NCBI GenBank assembly: GCA_963730995.1
Contig: CAVSUB010000004.1
Coordinates: forward strand, 552,900 to 616,899
DNA length: 64,000 bases
Source: an uncultured Acidobacteriota bacterium
Lineage (GTDB): Bacteria > Acidobacteriota > Vicinamibacteria > Vicinamibacterales > 2-12-FULL-66-21
Reading direction: 5' to 3'
Of the stretch, positions 47,009 to 57,004 are shown piece by piece. The notes beneath the pieces are model-generated. The model did not search any database. It was not told the origin of the DNA and worked only from the letters and a program-made list of their open reading frames with translations. The stretch's first letter is position 1, and the number at the start of each line of letters is the position of its first letter. The translations under genes were made by a program, and so were the position numbers.

Positions 47009-48040
47009 CTATTCGGGCGTTCGATTCAGCTGCGGATCTGCGAGCACGCTCGTGGCGCTGAGTCCGCGTCTGACCAGCAGCAGGGTCCCGATTCCGGTCC
47101 AGCAGATCATCCGCACTTTCCGCACGAGGCCGAGCGTCGTCCCGAGTGTCGTCCCAAGTCCGAGGACGCCGGTGAGGAACGCCGTCCCGGCTTCGCTCAC
47201 ACCCATTTGAAGCGGAACGAACTTGAAGACGACCGTCAGCAGCCGTCCGGCGGCTTCGACAATGAACGCGATGACCAGCGACGGCTGGGCGCCGAGCAGC
47301 CACCAGAGCGTGATGTAGGCCTCGAGAACTCCAAGCGCGTGAAAGAGCAGTTCGGCGCCGACGATCGGGACCATCAGCGTGCCGCGCCGGCTGGCGAACG
47401 TGTAGATCTGGTCCTCGAGCGCGCGCACAGTCGCGATGCGCCGCTCGCTCGCGGATCCCGGAAGGACCGCGGCGAGCGTTCGGCTGACGACGGCGGGACG
47501 CATCCACAGCAGAACGACCGCGAGTCCAAACGTCACGGCCACTCCCGCGATCGCGACCTCGCCAATCTCGCGCAACTGCCAGGGAATGTCGAAGACGAAG
47601 AGGAGCGCCGCCATTCCCGCTGCGATCATCGCGGCCACCGACAGCGTGTAGAGCACGTTCTCGATCGCGAGTGCGGTCACCGCGGGACCAAGCGGGACTC
47701 CGCGCCGTACGAATGCCGCCTTGGCGGGCTCGCTCGCGAGCGGTCCGAGCGGCAGGAGATTCCCCAGCGCATCGCCGGCGACAACGGCGCCGAAGGCTTC
47801 ACTGAAGCGCAGACGATAAGGCGGTTCGATCGAGAGCATCCACGCCACCGCGCGAAGCGCGAACCGTACACCGCCGAGCAGCACGATCCAGGCGAGCCCC
47901 CAGCCGACCTGCGCGAAGCCGGCACGGATGTCGTCGATGCCGATCCGGCGAACCCACCACACCAACAGCAGCACGCCGCCGACGGTCGTGAGCGCACCAA
48001 CCGCCGTGAGCGGGCGTCCCGGGCGCTGGTCGGCCATCAC
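47009..48040 (-). CDS. flippase-like (LPG-synthase-TM/UPF0104) integral membrane protein
   Basis: 343 aa and polytopic. It reads RRIGIDDIRAGFAQVGWGLAWIVLLGGVRFALRAVAW...GDALGNLLPLGPLASEPAKA, as in this family. Confidence 0.65.
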   Translation of the reverse strand: MMADQRPGRPLTAVGALTTVGGVLLLVWWVRRIGIDDIRAGFAQVGWGLAWIVLLGGVRFALRAVAWMLSIEPPYRLRFSEAFGAVVAGDALGNLLPLGPLASEPAKAAFVRRGVPLGPAVTALAIENVLYTLSVAAMIAAGMAALLFVFDIPWQLREIGEVAIAGVAVTFGLAVVLLWMRPAVVSRTLAAVLPGSASERRIATVRALEDQIYTFASRRGTLMVPIVGAELLFHALGVLEAYITLWWLLGAQPSLVIAFIVEAAGRLLTVVFKFVPLQMGVSEAGTAFLTGVLGLGTTLGTTLGLVRKVRMICWTGIGTLLLVRRGLSATSVLADPQLNRTPE

Positions 48041-48059
48041 GCCATCATATAGTCGGCGG
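48041..48059. promoter_or_regulatory. 19-nt repeat GCCATCATATAGTCGGCGG (copy 1), contains a -10-like AT-rich core next to a start codon
   Basis: It abuts the GTG/ATG start of the 47009..48040 gene. It differs at one base from the copy at 48408-48426. Confidence 0.3.
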
Positions 48060-48137
48060 GTCTGGTCGAGTGTAGAGGTCTGTGGAGGTCCCGCTGCGGT
48101 TCGTGGTGGTTCGCGTGCGAGATTCCGCGAAGTACGC

Positions 48138-48344
48138 TCAGCGCTTCTTCACTGTCTTGCGTGCGGCCGTCTTGCGCGCGGCCTTCTTGCGGGCCGTCTT
48201 CTCGGTCTTCGAAGTCTTCGCCAGGTCGGCGCGGTGGGCGCGCTCGTACGTCTGGATGTCCTTGAAGCGTCCGCCCGCGTCGCGGACGGCATAGAGCTTC
48301 TTGCCTTTGCTACTGCGATGAGTGGTGCGCCGGGCCTTCGCCAT
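48138..48344 (-). CDS. small lysine/arginine-rich basic protein
   Basis: The 68-aa protein reads MAKARRTTHRSSKGKKLYAVRDAGGRFKDIQTYERAHRADL... followed by a KKAARK repeat tail. I recall it as a small conserved family, but its function is unknown. Confidence 0.5.
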   Translation of the reverse strand: MAKARRTTHRSSKGKKLYAVRDAGGRFKDIQTYERAHRADLAKTSKTEKTARKKAARKTAARKTVKKR

Positions 48345-48407
48345 GGAACCTCCAGATCGCCCGCATCATGCACGATTTGGTAGTGCGGGCGCAACCGCCC
48401 GTATCGC

Positions 48408-48426
48408 GCCATCATATAATCGGCGG
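48408..48426. promoter_or_regulatory. 19-nt repeat GCCATCATATAATCGGCGG (copy 2) with TATAAT 8 nt before the ATG of the next gene
   Basis: TATAAT lies at 48415-48420 and the ATG at 48429. Confidence 0.3.
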
Positions 48427-48428
48427 CT

Positions 48429-49043
48429 ATGCTCCCCGCGTCGCTTCAGACCCCCGCCGCGATCGTGCTCGTGGCCGGCGGCCTGTTGTCCTGCTTCGCC
48501 GGCCACCGGGTTTTCCGTGTCGTGCTCGGGATTTACGGCTTCATTCTGGGTGCGCTGCTGGCCAGCTCGTTCATGGGCGCCGAGCAGACGCTCTGGATGA
48601 TCGTGGCGGCGTTGGCAGGCGGACTCGCGGGATCGGTGATCCTGATCCTGGCGTATTTCGTCGGCGTTGCGCTCATCGGTGCCGGCGTCGGCGCGCTCAC
48701 GGCGAACGTCGCCTGGGCGGCCTTCGGCCGCGAGCCAGGAATGTGGGCGGTCATTCTGCTGGCGATCGCGGGCGCGCTCGCAGCGCTCGCGCTTCAGCGC
48801 TACGTGATCATTCTCTCGACCGCGTTCGGCGGAGCGTGGACGGCGATCGTCGGCGGCCTCGCGCTCGCAGGCGATCGCGTGGCAAATCAGGCGGCGTCGA
48901 AAAACGACGTCTGGTTGGCGTATCCCTTGAATCCGGCACCCGGGCAGCGCTGGGTGCTTCTCGTCTGGTTCGTGATGGGGTTGATCGGCGCGTTCGTTCA
49001 GCTCGGCATCACGGCCAAAGGAGGCAAGCAGCGATCGGCGTAG
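48429..49043 (+). CDS. DUF4203-like multi-TM membrane protein
   Basis: Six or so Gly/Ala-rich TM helices, with FRVVLGIYGFILGALLAS near the N-terminus. Confidence 0.55.
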   Translation: MLPASLQTPAAIVLVAGGLLSCFAGHRVFRVVLGIYGFILGALLASSFMGAEQTLWMIVAALAGGLAGSVILILAYFVGVALIGAGVGALTANVAWAAFGREPGMWAVILLAIAGALAALALQRYVIILSTAFGGAWTAIVGGLALAGDRVANQAASKNDVWLAYPLNPAPGQRWVLLVWFVMGLIGAFVQLGITAKGGKQRSA

Positions 49044-49076
49044 ACGTTGAGAGCGCGCCAAGGGCGCGGAGGGCAG

Positions 49077-49157
49077 GTCCGGCCCGCTTCCGCCGCGAAG
49101 CGGCTTCGGCGAGGTCTCGCCGGAGCGCTATGCGCGAAGGCAGGGGCGAAGCCCCCG
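49077..49157 (-). repeat. ~80-nt palindrome-rich repeat (left copy, inverted relative to 49621-49704)
   Basis: The reverse complement aligns with the right copy: cgggggcttc..ccttcgcgc.tagcgctccggcgagacctcgccgaagcc... Confidence 0.75.
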
Positions 49158-49175
49158 GTTAAACACGGAGATTGA

Positions 49176-49616
49176 ATGGCGACATTTTCGCGGCATGCCG
49201 ATGTGGAGTGGACTGGCTCGATCATGGAAGGCAAGGGGCAGGTCAAGGCCGGAAGCGGCGCGTTCGCGCTGCCGGTGACGTTCCCCGCGCGCATCGGCGA
49301 GCCGGCCGGGCACACGAGCCCTGAAGAGCTCGTCGCGTCGGCGCACGCCGCCTGCTTTGCGATGGCGCTGAACGCCACCGTCGGCCGCAAGGGCGGTTCG
49401 ATTGGCAGAACGCTCATCACGGCCACCGTGACCGCTGACAAGGGCGAGTCCGGGATCAAGCTGACGACGTCGAAGCTGAAGGTCATCGCGGAGGGACTTC
49501 AGGGAATCGACAAGAGCGAGTTCGCGGCCGTCGCCAAGCAGGCGGAGGCCGGCTGTCCGATCTCGAACGCGCTTCGGGGGTCGATGCAGATCGAGCTCGA
49601 GACGGAAGTCCGGTAG
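49176..49616 (+). CDS. osmC: OsmC-family peroxiredoxin
   Basis: [19 protein letters not shown] and [11 protein letters not shown] provide the two conserved Cys residues. The protein is 146 aa. Confidence 0.9.
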   Translation: MATFSRHADVEWTGSIMEGKGQVKAGSGAFALPVTFPARIGEPAGHTSPEELVASAHAACFAMALNATVGRKGGSIGRTLITATVTADKGESGIKLTTSKLKVIAEGLQGIDKSEFAAVAKQAEAGCPISNALRGSMQIELETEVR

Positions 49617-49620
49617 GACA

Positions 49621-49704
49621 CGCTGTAGAGCGGGGGCTTCCGCCTTCGCGCGAAGCGCTCCGGCGAGACTCGCCGAAGCCTTGGCGGAGGCGGTCAGACC
49701 CCCG
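49621..49704 (+). repeat. ~80-nt palindrome-rich repeat (right copy)
   Basis: gtagagcgggggcttccgccttcgcgcgaagcgctccggcgagactcgccgaagccttggcggaggcggtcagacc, with internal palindromes ggcgagactcgcc and cttcgcgcgaag. Confidence 0.75.
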
Positions 49705-49750
49705 CTTTCTTTGGACAGGTCACCGTCAACTCGCAGGAGGCCAGACACGC

Positions 49751-50202
49751 ATGCGTCTTATCACAGCGTCGCTCATCGCTCTGGCGACTCCTGGCGGGAA
49801 CCGATCAGGCCGGCGGAGATCGTGCAAACGACGAATGCCGCCGTGCGCGACGTCGTCCGGCAATACGTCGACGCTCGCGAGGCGCGCGATCCCAAGGCCG
49901 TCGGCGCGCTCTTCACGGCGGACGCCGATCAGCTCGTGTCGTCGGGCGAGTGGCGGCTCGGGAGGGATAACGTCGTATCGGGCAGTCTTGCGTCTTCCGC
50001 GCAGAGCGCAGGCAAGCGGACGATCGACGTGGAGCGCGTGCGCTTCGTTTCGACAGACGTCGCGATTGCGGATGGGCGCTACTCGATCACCGGCGAGGGC
50101 AGCGATCGCCGGATGTGGTCCACGTTCGTGATGGTGAAGGAAGCGGATGGCTGGAAGATCGCAGCCATCCGTAACATGCTGCCGGCGCCGGCGGCCAAGT
50201 GA
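49751..50202 (+). CDS. SgcJ/EcaC-like (DUF4440, NTF2-fold) protein, 1-2 frameshifts in the signal-peptide region
   Basis: The signal peptide [12 protein letters not shown]... is in the frame of ORF 49751. The mature domain [41 protein letters not shown]...WKIAAIRN is in ORF 49681..50202. Confidence 0.6.
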
Positions 50203-50279
50203 TCAGGCCAGGGTGCCAACGTGCCAAGGTGCACTGAGGCACCTGGACCAAGGCACTCTGGCATTTGTCATTTATCCCG

Positions 50280-51405
50280 CTACTCCACAACCTTGATCAC
50301 GAACCCGCCCGCAGCAGAGATGGAGTTGACTGTGATGTAGAGCGCTCCGTCGCTGCCGACCGCGATGCCGCCCGGTGCGACGAATCCTCCCGTAACCGTC
50401 GGGGTGATATTGACGGGCGTGCCGCCACCCGGGGGGATGCGGAGCAGAGCGCCGGGTGGACCGAACGGCGGCGCGCCAGCCGGCGCGCTAATCTCGAGCA
50501 CGTAGAGGGAGCCGTCTTTGCCGAACGCGATGTCGATGATCTTCGTGAAGCCGGTCTGGTAAACGACCGGACTCCCGCCTCCGGAGGGTACCCGCCAGAC
50601 ACTCGCCGCGCCGCCGGGGAATGGCCCGCCCGTCAGCTGTCCGACGTACAGGTCTCCGTCGGGGCCGAGGGCGACCGAGGTCGGAACCGCCTGGAAGGGT
50701 GGGAACGGCGCTGCGCCGCGTGGGAACACGGCCAGGTTCGATATCGAACCATTCGCGGCGACGGCGTTGAGCGAATTGCCGCCGGCGTCGGTGTAAATTG
50801 TGCGGCCGGGCCCGGCGAGCAGACCGTAGGGATTGGAGTCCGGAGGCTCGACGCCGTCGGGGTTGGCGATGTTTTCGAAGGCCGCAAGGTCCTCTTCGAA
50901 CGACCACTTGCCATTCGGCTGGAAGCGGATCAACCGGCCGAATTTACTACCGACCGACGCGAACGCCGGATCCTGCCGCTTGTCAGGATCCGCGCCCAAT
51001 CCGATCGTGACGTATCCATTACCGAGCCCTTGAAAGTCGACGTCGTGCGGCCCGGTCGCCAGGTTGCCGCCCGTCGGGGCGATTGACGGCAAGTGGTCGA
51101 GGATACGATCGAAGGGAGTGCCCGGAGGACTGCCAGGAACGATCTTTCGTGACTCCGCCGGTCGCTCCGTAGCACTTGGTCAGCCCGTCGCTGCCGACGA
51201 TGCACGGACCGCTGCCACCAGAGCCGGCTTCAGCGACGTAGAGCGCGCCGTCAGGTCCGAAATTCAGGCCGCGCGGGTTGACCAGATTGCTGGCGATGGT
51301 CGTGACGGTGGCCCTGGCCTGGAGCACCGACGTGAGGGAACTGGTCGCCAGTAGGGTAACCCCGACGCCGAAAACGAGCGCGGACAGACGCCACCTGTGA
51401 CTCAT
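50280..51405 (-). CDS. ScyD/ScyE-family beta-propeller protein, one frameshift near 51110
   Basis: The N-terminal part (ORF 51019..51459) reads MSHRWRLSALVFGVGVTLLA...NPRGLNFGPDGALYVAEAGSGG. The remainder is in ORF 50280..51092 (GPDGDLYVGQ, GKDGSLYVLE, GSDGALYITV). Confidence 0.65.
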
Positions 51406-51578
51406 AAGACCTTCCTTTGCTGTGGGTGTGCGGGTGTGTGCGGGTCCATATCTGAGCATTATTCAGCTCGACCGTCAATCAGCACGGATGCACTGATGAG
51501 CCCGTGCGACAATGTCCCTGACGTAGACATGGACAAACTGACCGCAGGCCGGTCAGCGATGTCGGCGGACCGCCCGTC

Positions 51579-52322
51579 GTGATGGTGTTGATCCTGCTGC
51601 TGCTCGCCGGCATCGTCGCGGGTGTGCAGAACGCTCTTGCAGGCGGCGGTTCGTTCGTCACGCTCGGGGTCCTGGTCCTAGCCGGACTCGAGCCGCGGGC
51701 CGCGAACATCACGTCGACGATCGCCTTGTTTCCTGGCCAGGTGACAACCGGGTACGCAGGCCGGCGGCTGGCATCGGGCACCCCAAGGCTCTCGTTCACG
51801 GCGCTGTTCGGAATCAGCCTGGCCGGCGGCGTCCTGGGTGCGGCCCTGCTGCTTGCGACGCCGCCGACGTTCTTCGCCAGTCTCGTGCCGTGGCTGGTGC
51901 TGTTCGCAACCGGCGTCTTCGTCTGGGGCTCGTTCGTCCGTCGCCCGTCGGCGGGCGCCAATCCAGCCGGTCCCGGCTTCGCTTCGGCGGCGCAGTTCCT
52001 GATCGCGATTTACGGCGGCTATTTCGGCGGCGGGATCGGCTTCCTGATGCTGGCGGCGCTGACCGTGGCCGGCCTGCCGGTCCGCCCGGCCTCGGCGACC
52101 AAGAATGTGCTGGCGGCGACGATGAATGCGTCGGCGGTGGCGCTGTTCCTGTTCTCGCGCGACGTCCATTGGCTGCACGCCGCGATCCTCGGCGTCGGCG
52201 CGATCGTCGGCGGGCTGGTCGGCGCCGCGCTGCTGTCCAGAGCCAACGAGCGCTGGCTGCGTATCGGCGTGATCGTTCTCGGCGCGCTGCTGAGCGTCGG
52301 CCTCTTCCTCCGCCGGCGCTGA
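51579..52322 (+). CDS. TauE/SafE-family sulfite/anion exporter
   Basis: 247 aa with 7-8 TM helices. GVQNALAGGGSF is at the N-terminus, and the internal repeat is typical of the family. Confidence 0.75.
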   Translation: MMVLILLLLAGIVAGVQNALAGGGSFVTLGVLVLAGLEPRAANITSTIALFPGQVTTGYAGRRLASGTPRLSFTALFGISLAGGVLGAALLLATPPTFFASLVPWLVLFATGVFVWGSFVRRPSAGANPAGPGFASAAQFLIAIYGGYFGGGIGFLMLAALTVAGLPVRPASATKNVLAATMNASAVALFLFSRDVHWLHAAILGVGAIVGGLVGAALLSRANERWLRIGVIVLGALLSVGLFLRRR

Positions 52323-52393
52323 GCGGCGGTTGCGCCGACTCGGGCGATTCGGTACACTAGGAAGTCTTTCCCGAGCGGTCCTGCGCTCACCGT

Positions 52394-53655
<1,262 letters not shown>

Positions 53656-53666
53656 AACTGCTCCGC

Positions 53667-53924
53667 CTACATGTTGTCGATGATAAGACACTGGTGGGAG
53701 CCCGGCGCCGATCCATGCCGATTTGCTCTCAGGAACTCGTCGAGGTCAGTCGCCAAATACCTGATTGCGCGCCCAAGCCGTACGGATGCTGGGCCTTTGC
53801 TCCGATGCCGCCACGCTCGAAGGGTAGCAACCTTCAGTCCGAGTCTGGCCGCGGCATCGGCCTCTGTGAGCGCTTGGTTGCTGGCGTTCAGCACCACTGG
53901 TTCTGCATTTTCGAGGGATGTCAT
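53667..53924 (-). CDS. excisionase/AlpA-like helix-turn-helix protein
   Basis: The protein reads MTSLENAEPVVLNASNQALTEADAAARLGLKVATLRAWRHRSKGPASVRLGRAIRYLATDLDEFL. The ribosome-binding site is GAGAGGA. Confidence 0.7.
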   Translation of the reverse strand: MTSLENAEPVVLNASNQALTEADAAARLGLKVATLRAWRHRSKGPASVRLGRAIRYLATDLDEFLRANRHGSAPGSHQCLIIDNM

Positions 53925-54001
53925 TGTTGCGTCCTCTCTATGGAAACGCCGGACGCCGCCGCACTGGCGGCGTCCGGGATCGACCGATTTACGAAGCGGC
54001 C

Positions 54002-54296
54002 TCAAGTGCGTGTCTCCTCGTACTCCGCGTACACCTCCAGCACGAAATCACGCACGCGCTCCTGTGCCGCTGCGTCAGCGAGCGGGCGCAGCAGCGCGAA
54101 GCTGCGGCGCTCACCGTTGACCGAGTACCTGCCGCGCCGGGAACGTGACGTTGCGGCCACCGCCACTTCGTCGCTCCCACACGGCGAACCCGATCAGCTT
54201 CAAGCCGTCGAGCACGCCGTCGGTGAAGTGCAGCTCGGCATCCGCGAATTTGCCTGGGGGGTTGCCTTTGTCGTTCGGAACGATCTTGACGACCAT
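54002..54296 (-). CDS. small conserved hypothetical protein (one frameshift near 54120)
   Basis: An AGGAGG ribosome-binding site precedes the start. MVVKIVPNDKGNPPGKFADAELHFTDGVLDGLKLIGFAVWERRSGGGRNVTFPARQ continues after a 1-nt shift as YSVNGERRSFALLRPLADAAAQERVRDFVLEVYAEYEETRT. Confidence 0.55.
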
Positions 54297-54430
54297 GATG
54301 TGACCTCCTGAAAAGCTCGCCTTCTCGGCGAACGGGTGGCCTGCTGTCGTTGGTCGCGTGAGCTAATCGTCGGGGATCAGCGGCGCTCCGTCGGCGCGCG
54401 CGAGTTGCGCAGCATGAGCGGGCCACCCGC

Positions 54431-54461
54431 TTGACACAATAGGCATATATCTGCGCATAAT
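54431..54461 (+). promoter_or_regulatory. sigma-70-like promoter candidate (TTGACA ... CATAAT) ending 6 nt before the PadR ATG
   Basis: TTGACA lies at 54431-54436 and CATAAT at 54456-54461, a rather long 19-nt spacer. The ATG is at 54468, which implies a leaderless or very short-leader mRNA. Confidence 0.35.
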
Positions 54462-54467
54462 GGCGGC

Positions 54468-54827
54468 ATGCGACGGAAGCCTGGCACCCTCGTACCCCTG
54501 GAGGTCGCCATCTGCACGGCGGCGGCCGCATTGCGGCGCCGGGGTATTGACGAATTTCACGGATACGAACTCGCCAAACAGCTGGCCGACATCAGCGATC
54601 GGCGACTGCTCACCGCCTATGGCACCTTGTATCGCGCGTTAGCTCGTCTGGAAACCATGGGACTCCTTGAGAGTCGTCGTGAAGATCCGACGGTCGCTGC
54701 ACAGGAGAATCGGCCCGGCCGGCGTCTGTATACGCTTACCGCGCTTGCCGAGTCGGTGGTACGCGAGTCGTCGGCTTCACGCCGACGCACTCCCGTCCGC
54801 CGCCGACGCGGAGAGGCTCCTGCATGA
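54468..54827 (+). CDS. PadR-family transcriptional regulator
   Basis: FHGYELAKQLADI...AYGTLYRALARLETMGLLESRRE...GRRLYTLT. Confidence 0.85.
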   Translation: MRRKPGTLVPLEVAICTAAAALRRRGIDEFHGYELAKQLADISDRRLLTAYGTLYRALARLETMGLLESRREDPTVAAQENRPGRRLYTLTALAESVVRESSASRRRTPVRRRRGEAPA

Positions 54828-55558
54828 CACGCTTCACGTCCTTCGTCATGGCGTGCGTGCGCTGCTGGACGCGCCTGTACACTTGGCGCTTGCCGCTAGC
54901 GGTTCGTGATGCGAGGCGCGAGGAGATTGAATCGGATCTGTGGGAGAGCTCGCATGACCCCGGCATGAATCAGGCGGAGCTCGCCATCCAAACGGTGATG
55001 CGTATGACGCTGGGCGTCGCCGACGATCTCGCATGGCGGTTCGTGCAGCTGACGGTAACCACGCACGTGACACTTCGCTCCCTGATGGCGGCTGCCGTGC
55101 TCTGCATGCTGCTGCTGTTTGCGATGCTGTCTCAGTTGACGAGAGACGTGCCGCCGCTGCCCAGGCCACCCGTCGCGTCGCTGCAGGTGCATAGGAGGGT
55201 CCCGGATCCGCCGCCTCCGCCACCCCCGCCGGATGCCACACCTGGGTGGAAACCGATCTTTCAATACGGTCGAACCTCGTACTCGGTAGTGACGGAAGGG
55301 CCTCCCCCGGTCCTCATCAAGGAAGTGCAACCGATCTACCCACCAGTGGCTGTGGCGGGCGGACTCGAAGGACTAGTGCGGGTGCAGGCGACGATTACTG
55401 AAGGGGGGCGGGTGATCAGTGCGGAGGTCGCGCCAAGCGGGATCCTGGGGCACTCCGCAATCGCCGCAGTCCAACGATGGCAGTTTGCCGCTGCCCCCAA
55501 CGGCCTGCAGCGTCCGGCGCTGCTCACCGTCCGCGTAAGCTTCGGACGCTCGCCATGA
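54824..55558 (+). CDS. PadR-coupled single-pass membrane protein with a cytoplasmic prefix domain, Pro-rich linker and TonB C-terminal domain
   Basis: The start overlaps the PadR stop (ATGA). The N-terminus reads RLYTWRLPLAVRDARREEIESDLWES and the TM helix is AAAVLCMLLLFAML. PPPPPPPP follows. The C-terminus reads VQPIYPPVAVAGGLEGLVRVQATITEGGRV...AIAAVQRWQF (TonB_C). Confidence 0.7.
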   Translation: MTRFTSFVMACVRCWTRLYTWRLPLAVRDARREEIESDLWESSHDPGMNQAELAIQTVMRMTLGVADDLAWRFVQLTVTTHVTLRSLMAAAVLCMLLLFAMLSQLTRDVPPLPRPPVASLQVHRRVPDPPPPPPPPDATPGWKPIFQYGRTSYSVVTEGPPPVLIKEVQPIYPPVAVAGGLEGLVRVQATITEGGRVISAEVAPSGILGHSAIAAVQRWQFAAAPNGLQRPALLTVRVSFGRSP

Positions 55559-55820
55559 CGCCTGTGGTAGCACGCCGTGCCGTCGGCGCATTGGCGCCGT
55601 GCTCCGGATCGTCCCGATAAGCAGGCGATGATGTTTCCGATGCATGGTGTTCGGGTGTCGTCGTTATGAACAGATATATGCAGATAAGGGTCGCCCCAAT
55701 TTGTTGGCGTCTGCGTGAGTCGTTGCGGAAATCGTCGCATGGCGTGTGGGTGAACCGCCGCCCACCTCCACCACCGCCGCCCATTCCCGCTAGGCCTCGG
55801 GCAAGTGCACCAGGTTGTTC

Positions 55821-55842
55821 GGGGTCAGACCGGGGTCTAACC
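55821..55842. repeat. GGGGTCAGACC-type palindrome (second copy)
   Basis: ggggtcagaccggggtctaacc. Compare the copy at 20247-20280. Confidence 0.6.
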
Positions 55843-55867
55843 TCAGTTCAAGAGAACGAAGGATGAG

Positions 55868-56728
55868 ATGGCGAAGAGCTTCGGAGTCGCACTCGGCGTC
55901 GTAGCCGTCGTTTCGCTGGGCGCCTTGGCGCGGGAGCGCAGCACGCAGCAACAGATGCCTCGCGACCGTACGGCCAACGAGCAGCGGAGCAGCGACCGCG
56001 CGGCGTTCGAACGGAGAGTTTCGGAGTTAGAGCAGACGGCCGGCGCGCAACCGGCGAACGCGTCAGTCCAGCATCTGGTCGGATCTCTCTATTTCGAGAA
56101 AACCCGCGATCAGTCGCTGACGGCAGACGAGAAGCGCGCGTACATCAAGCGCGGACTCGCGGCCGAAGACCGCGCCCTCGCGGCGGATCCCGACTACATC
56201 GAGGCGCTTGTGTACAAGAACCTGCTGCTTCGTACCCAGGCGACCCTTGAAACCGACACGGAGCTCCAGGCATCACTGCTGCACGAGGCCGACACGCTGC
56301 GCAACCGCGCGCTCGAACTGCAACGGGCCCGGCCTGCGTCGTACACCATACCGGAAGGCACGGTTGTCACGCCCGGCCCGCCGCCGCCCCCGCCTCCGCC
56401 GCCTCCTGGAGGAGTCGACGGCCCGATCAACTGGGTCTACGCGGACACTGCTATCACCGCCGTGGGGAAGGCCCCAGTCAAGACCAAGGACATGCGTCCC
56501 GTCTACGCGCCGATGGTGATTGCGAGTGGCTATAAGGGTGAAGTGGTGCTCGAGGCGAAGATCGACGTGGCGGGCAAGGTCGCCCAGCTGCGGGTGATCA
56601 AGAGCCAGCCGATGCTGACGCAGGCTGCCATCGACGCTGTGCGCCAGTGGGAGTTCGACCCTGCGACCGTCGAGGCCGCGGGCTCACTGATCACCGTGAA
56701 GGCCACGTTCACGCCGCCGACACGCTGA
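55868..56728 (+). CDS. TonB-family protein (TPR-like region, Pro-rich linker, TonB C-terminal domain)
   Basis: An N-terminal anchor, then PGPPPPPPPPPPGG, then RPVYAPMVIASGYKGEVVLEAKIDVAGKV...AIDAVRQWEFDP. Confidence 0.75.
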   Translation: MAKSFGVALGVVAVVSLGALARERSTQQQMPRDRTANEQRSSDRAAFERRVSELEQTAGAQPANASVQHLVGSLYFEKTRDQSLTADEKRAYIKRGLAAEDRALAADPDYIEALVYKNLLLRTQATLETDTELQASLLHEADTLRNRALELQRARPASYTIPEGTVVTPGPPPPPPPPPPGGVDGPINWVYADTAITAVGKAPVKTKDMRPVYAPMVIASGYKGEVVLEAKIDVAGKVAQLRVIKSQPMLTQAAIDAVRQWEFDPATVEAAGSLITVKATFTPPTR

Positions 56729-56762
56729 AACCCAGTAACGCCAATTTCCAGCTCCCAGCGCG

Positions 56763-56776
56763 TCTCTTCGAAGAGA
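56763..56776 (+). terminator. perfect 14-nt palindrome tctcttcgaagaga 35 nt after the TonB stop (no U-tract)
   Basis: Read directly from the sequence. Its function as a terminator is assumed from position only. Confidence 0.25.
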
Positions 56777-57004
56777 GTTCGTTGGAGTTGGAGGTTGGAT
56801 TGGGAGGTTGATGAACGCGGTGGCGACGATCCTCGAGCATGGCGCTCATCGTCACCCACGATCAGGTTTCGGTGGTCGGTGCCGTCCGCCGATGTAGCGG
56901 ACGGCACAACCTCTGAAGCCAGCCGAGCACCCGGTTTCCAACTGCCAAGCGTTTGGCTCACTAAAATGGGTCCTCCCTAACGCCGGAGTGTAGAACAGCG
57001 GGCA

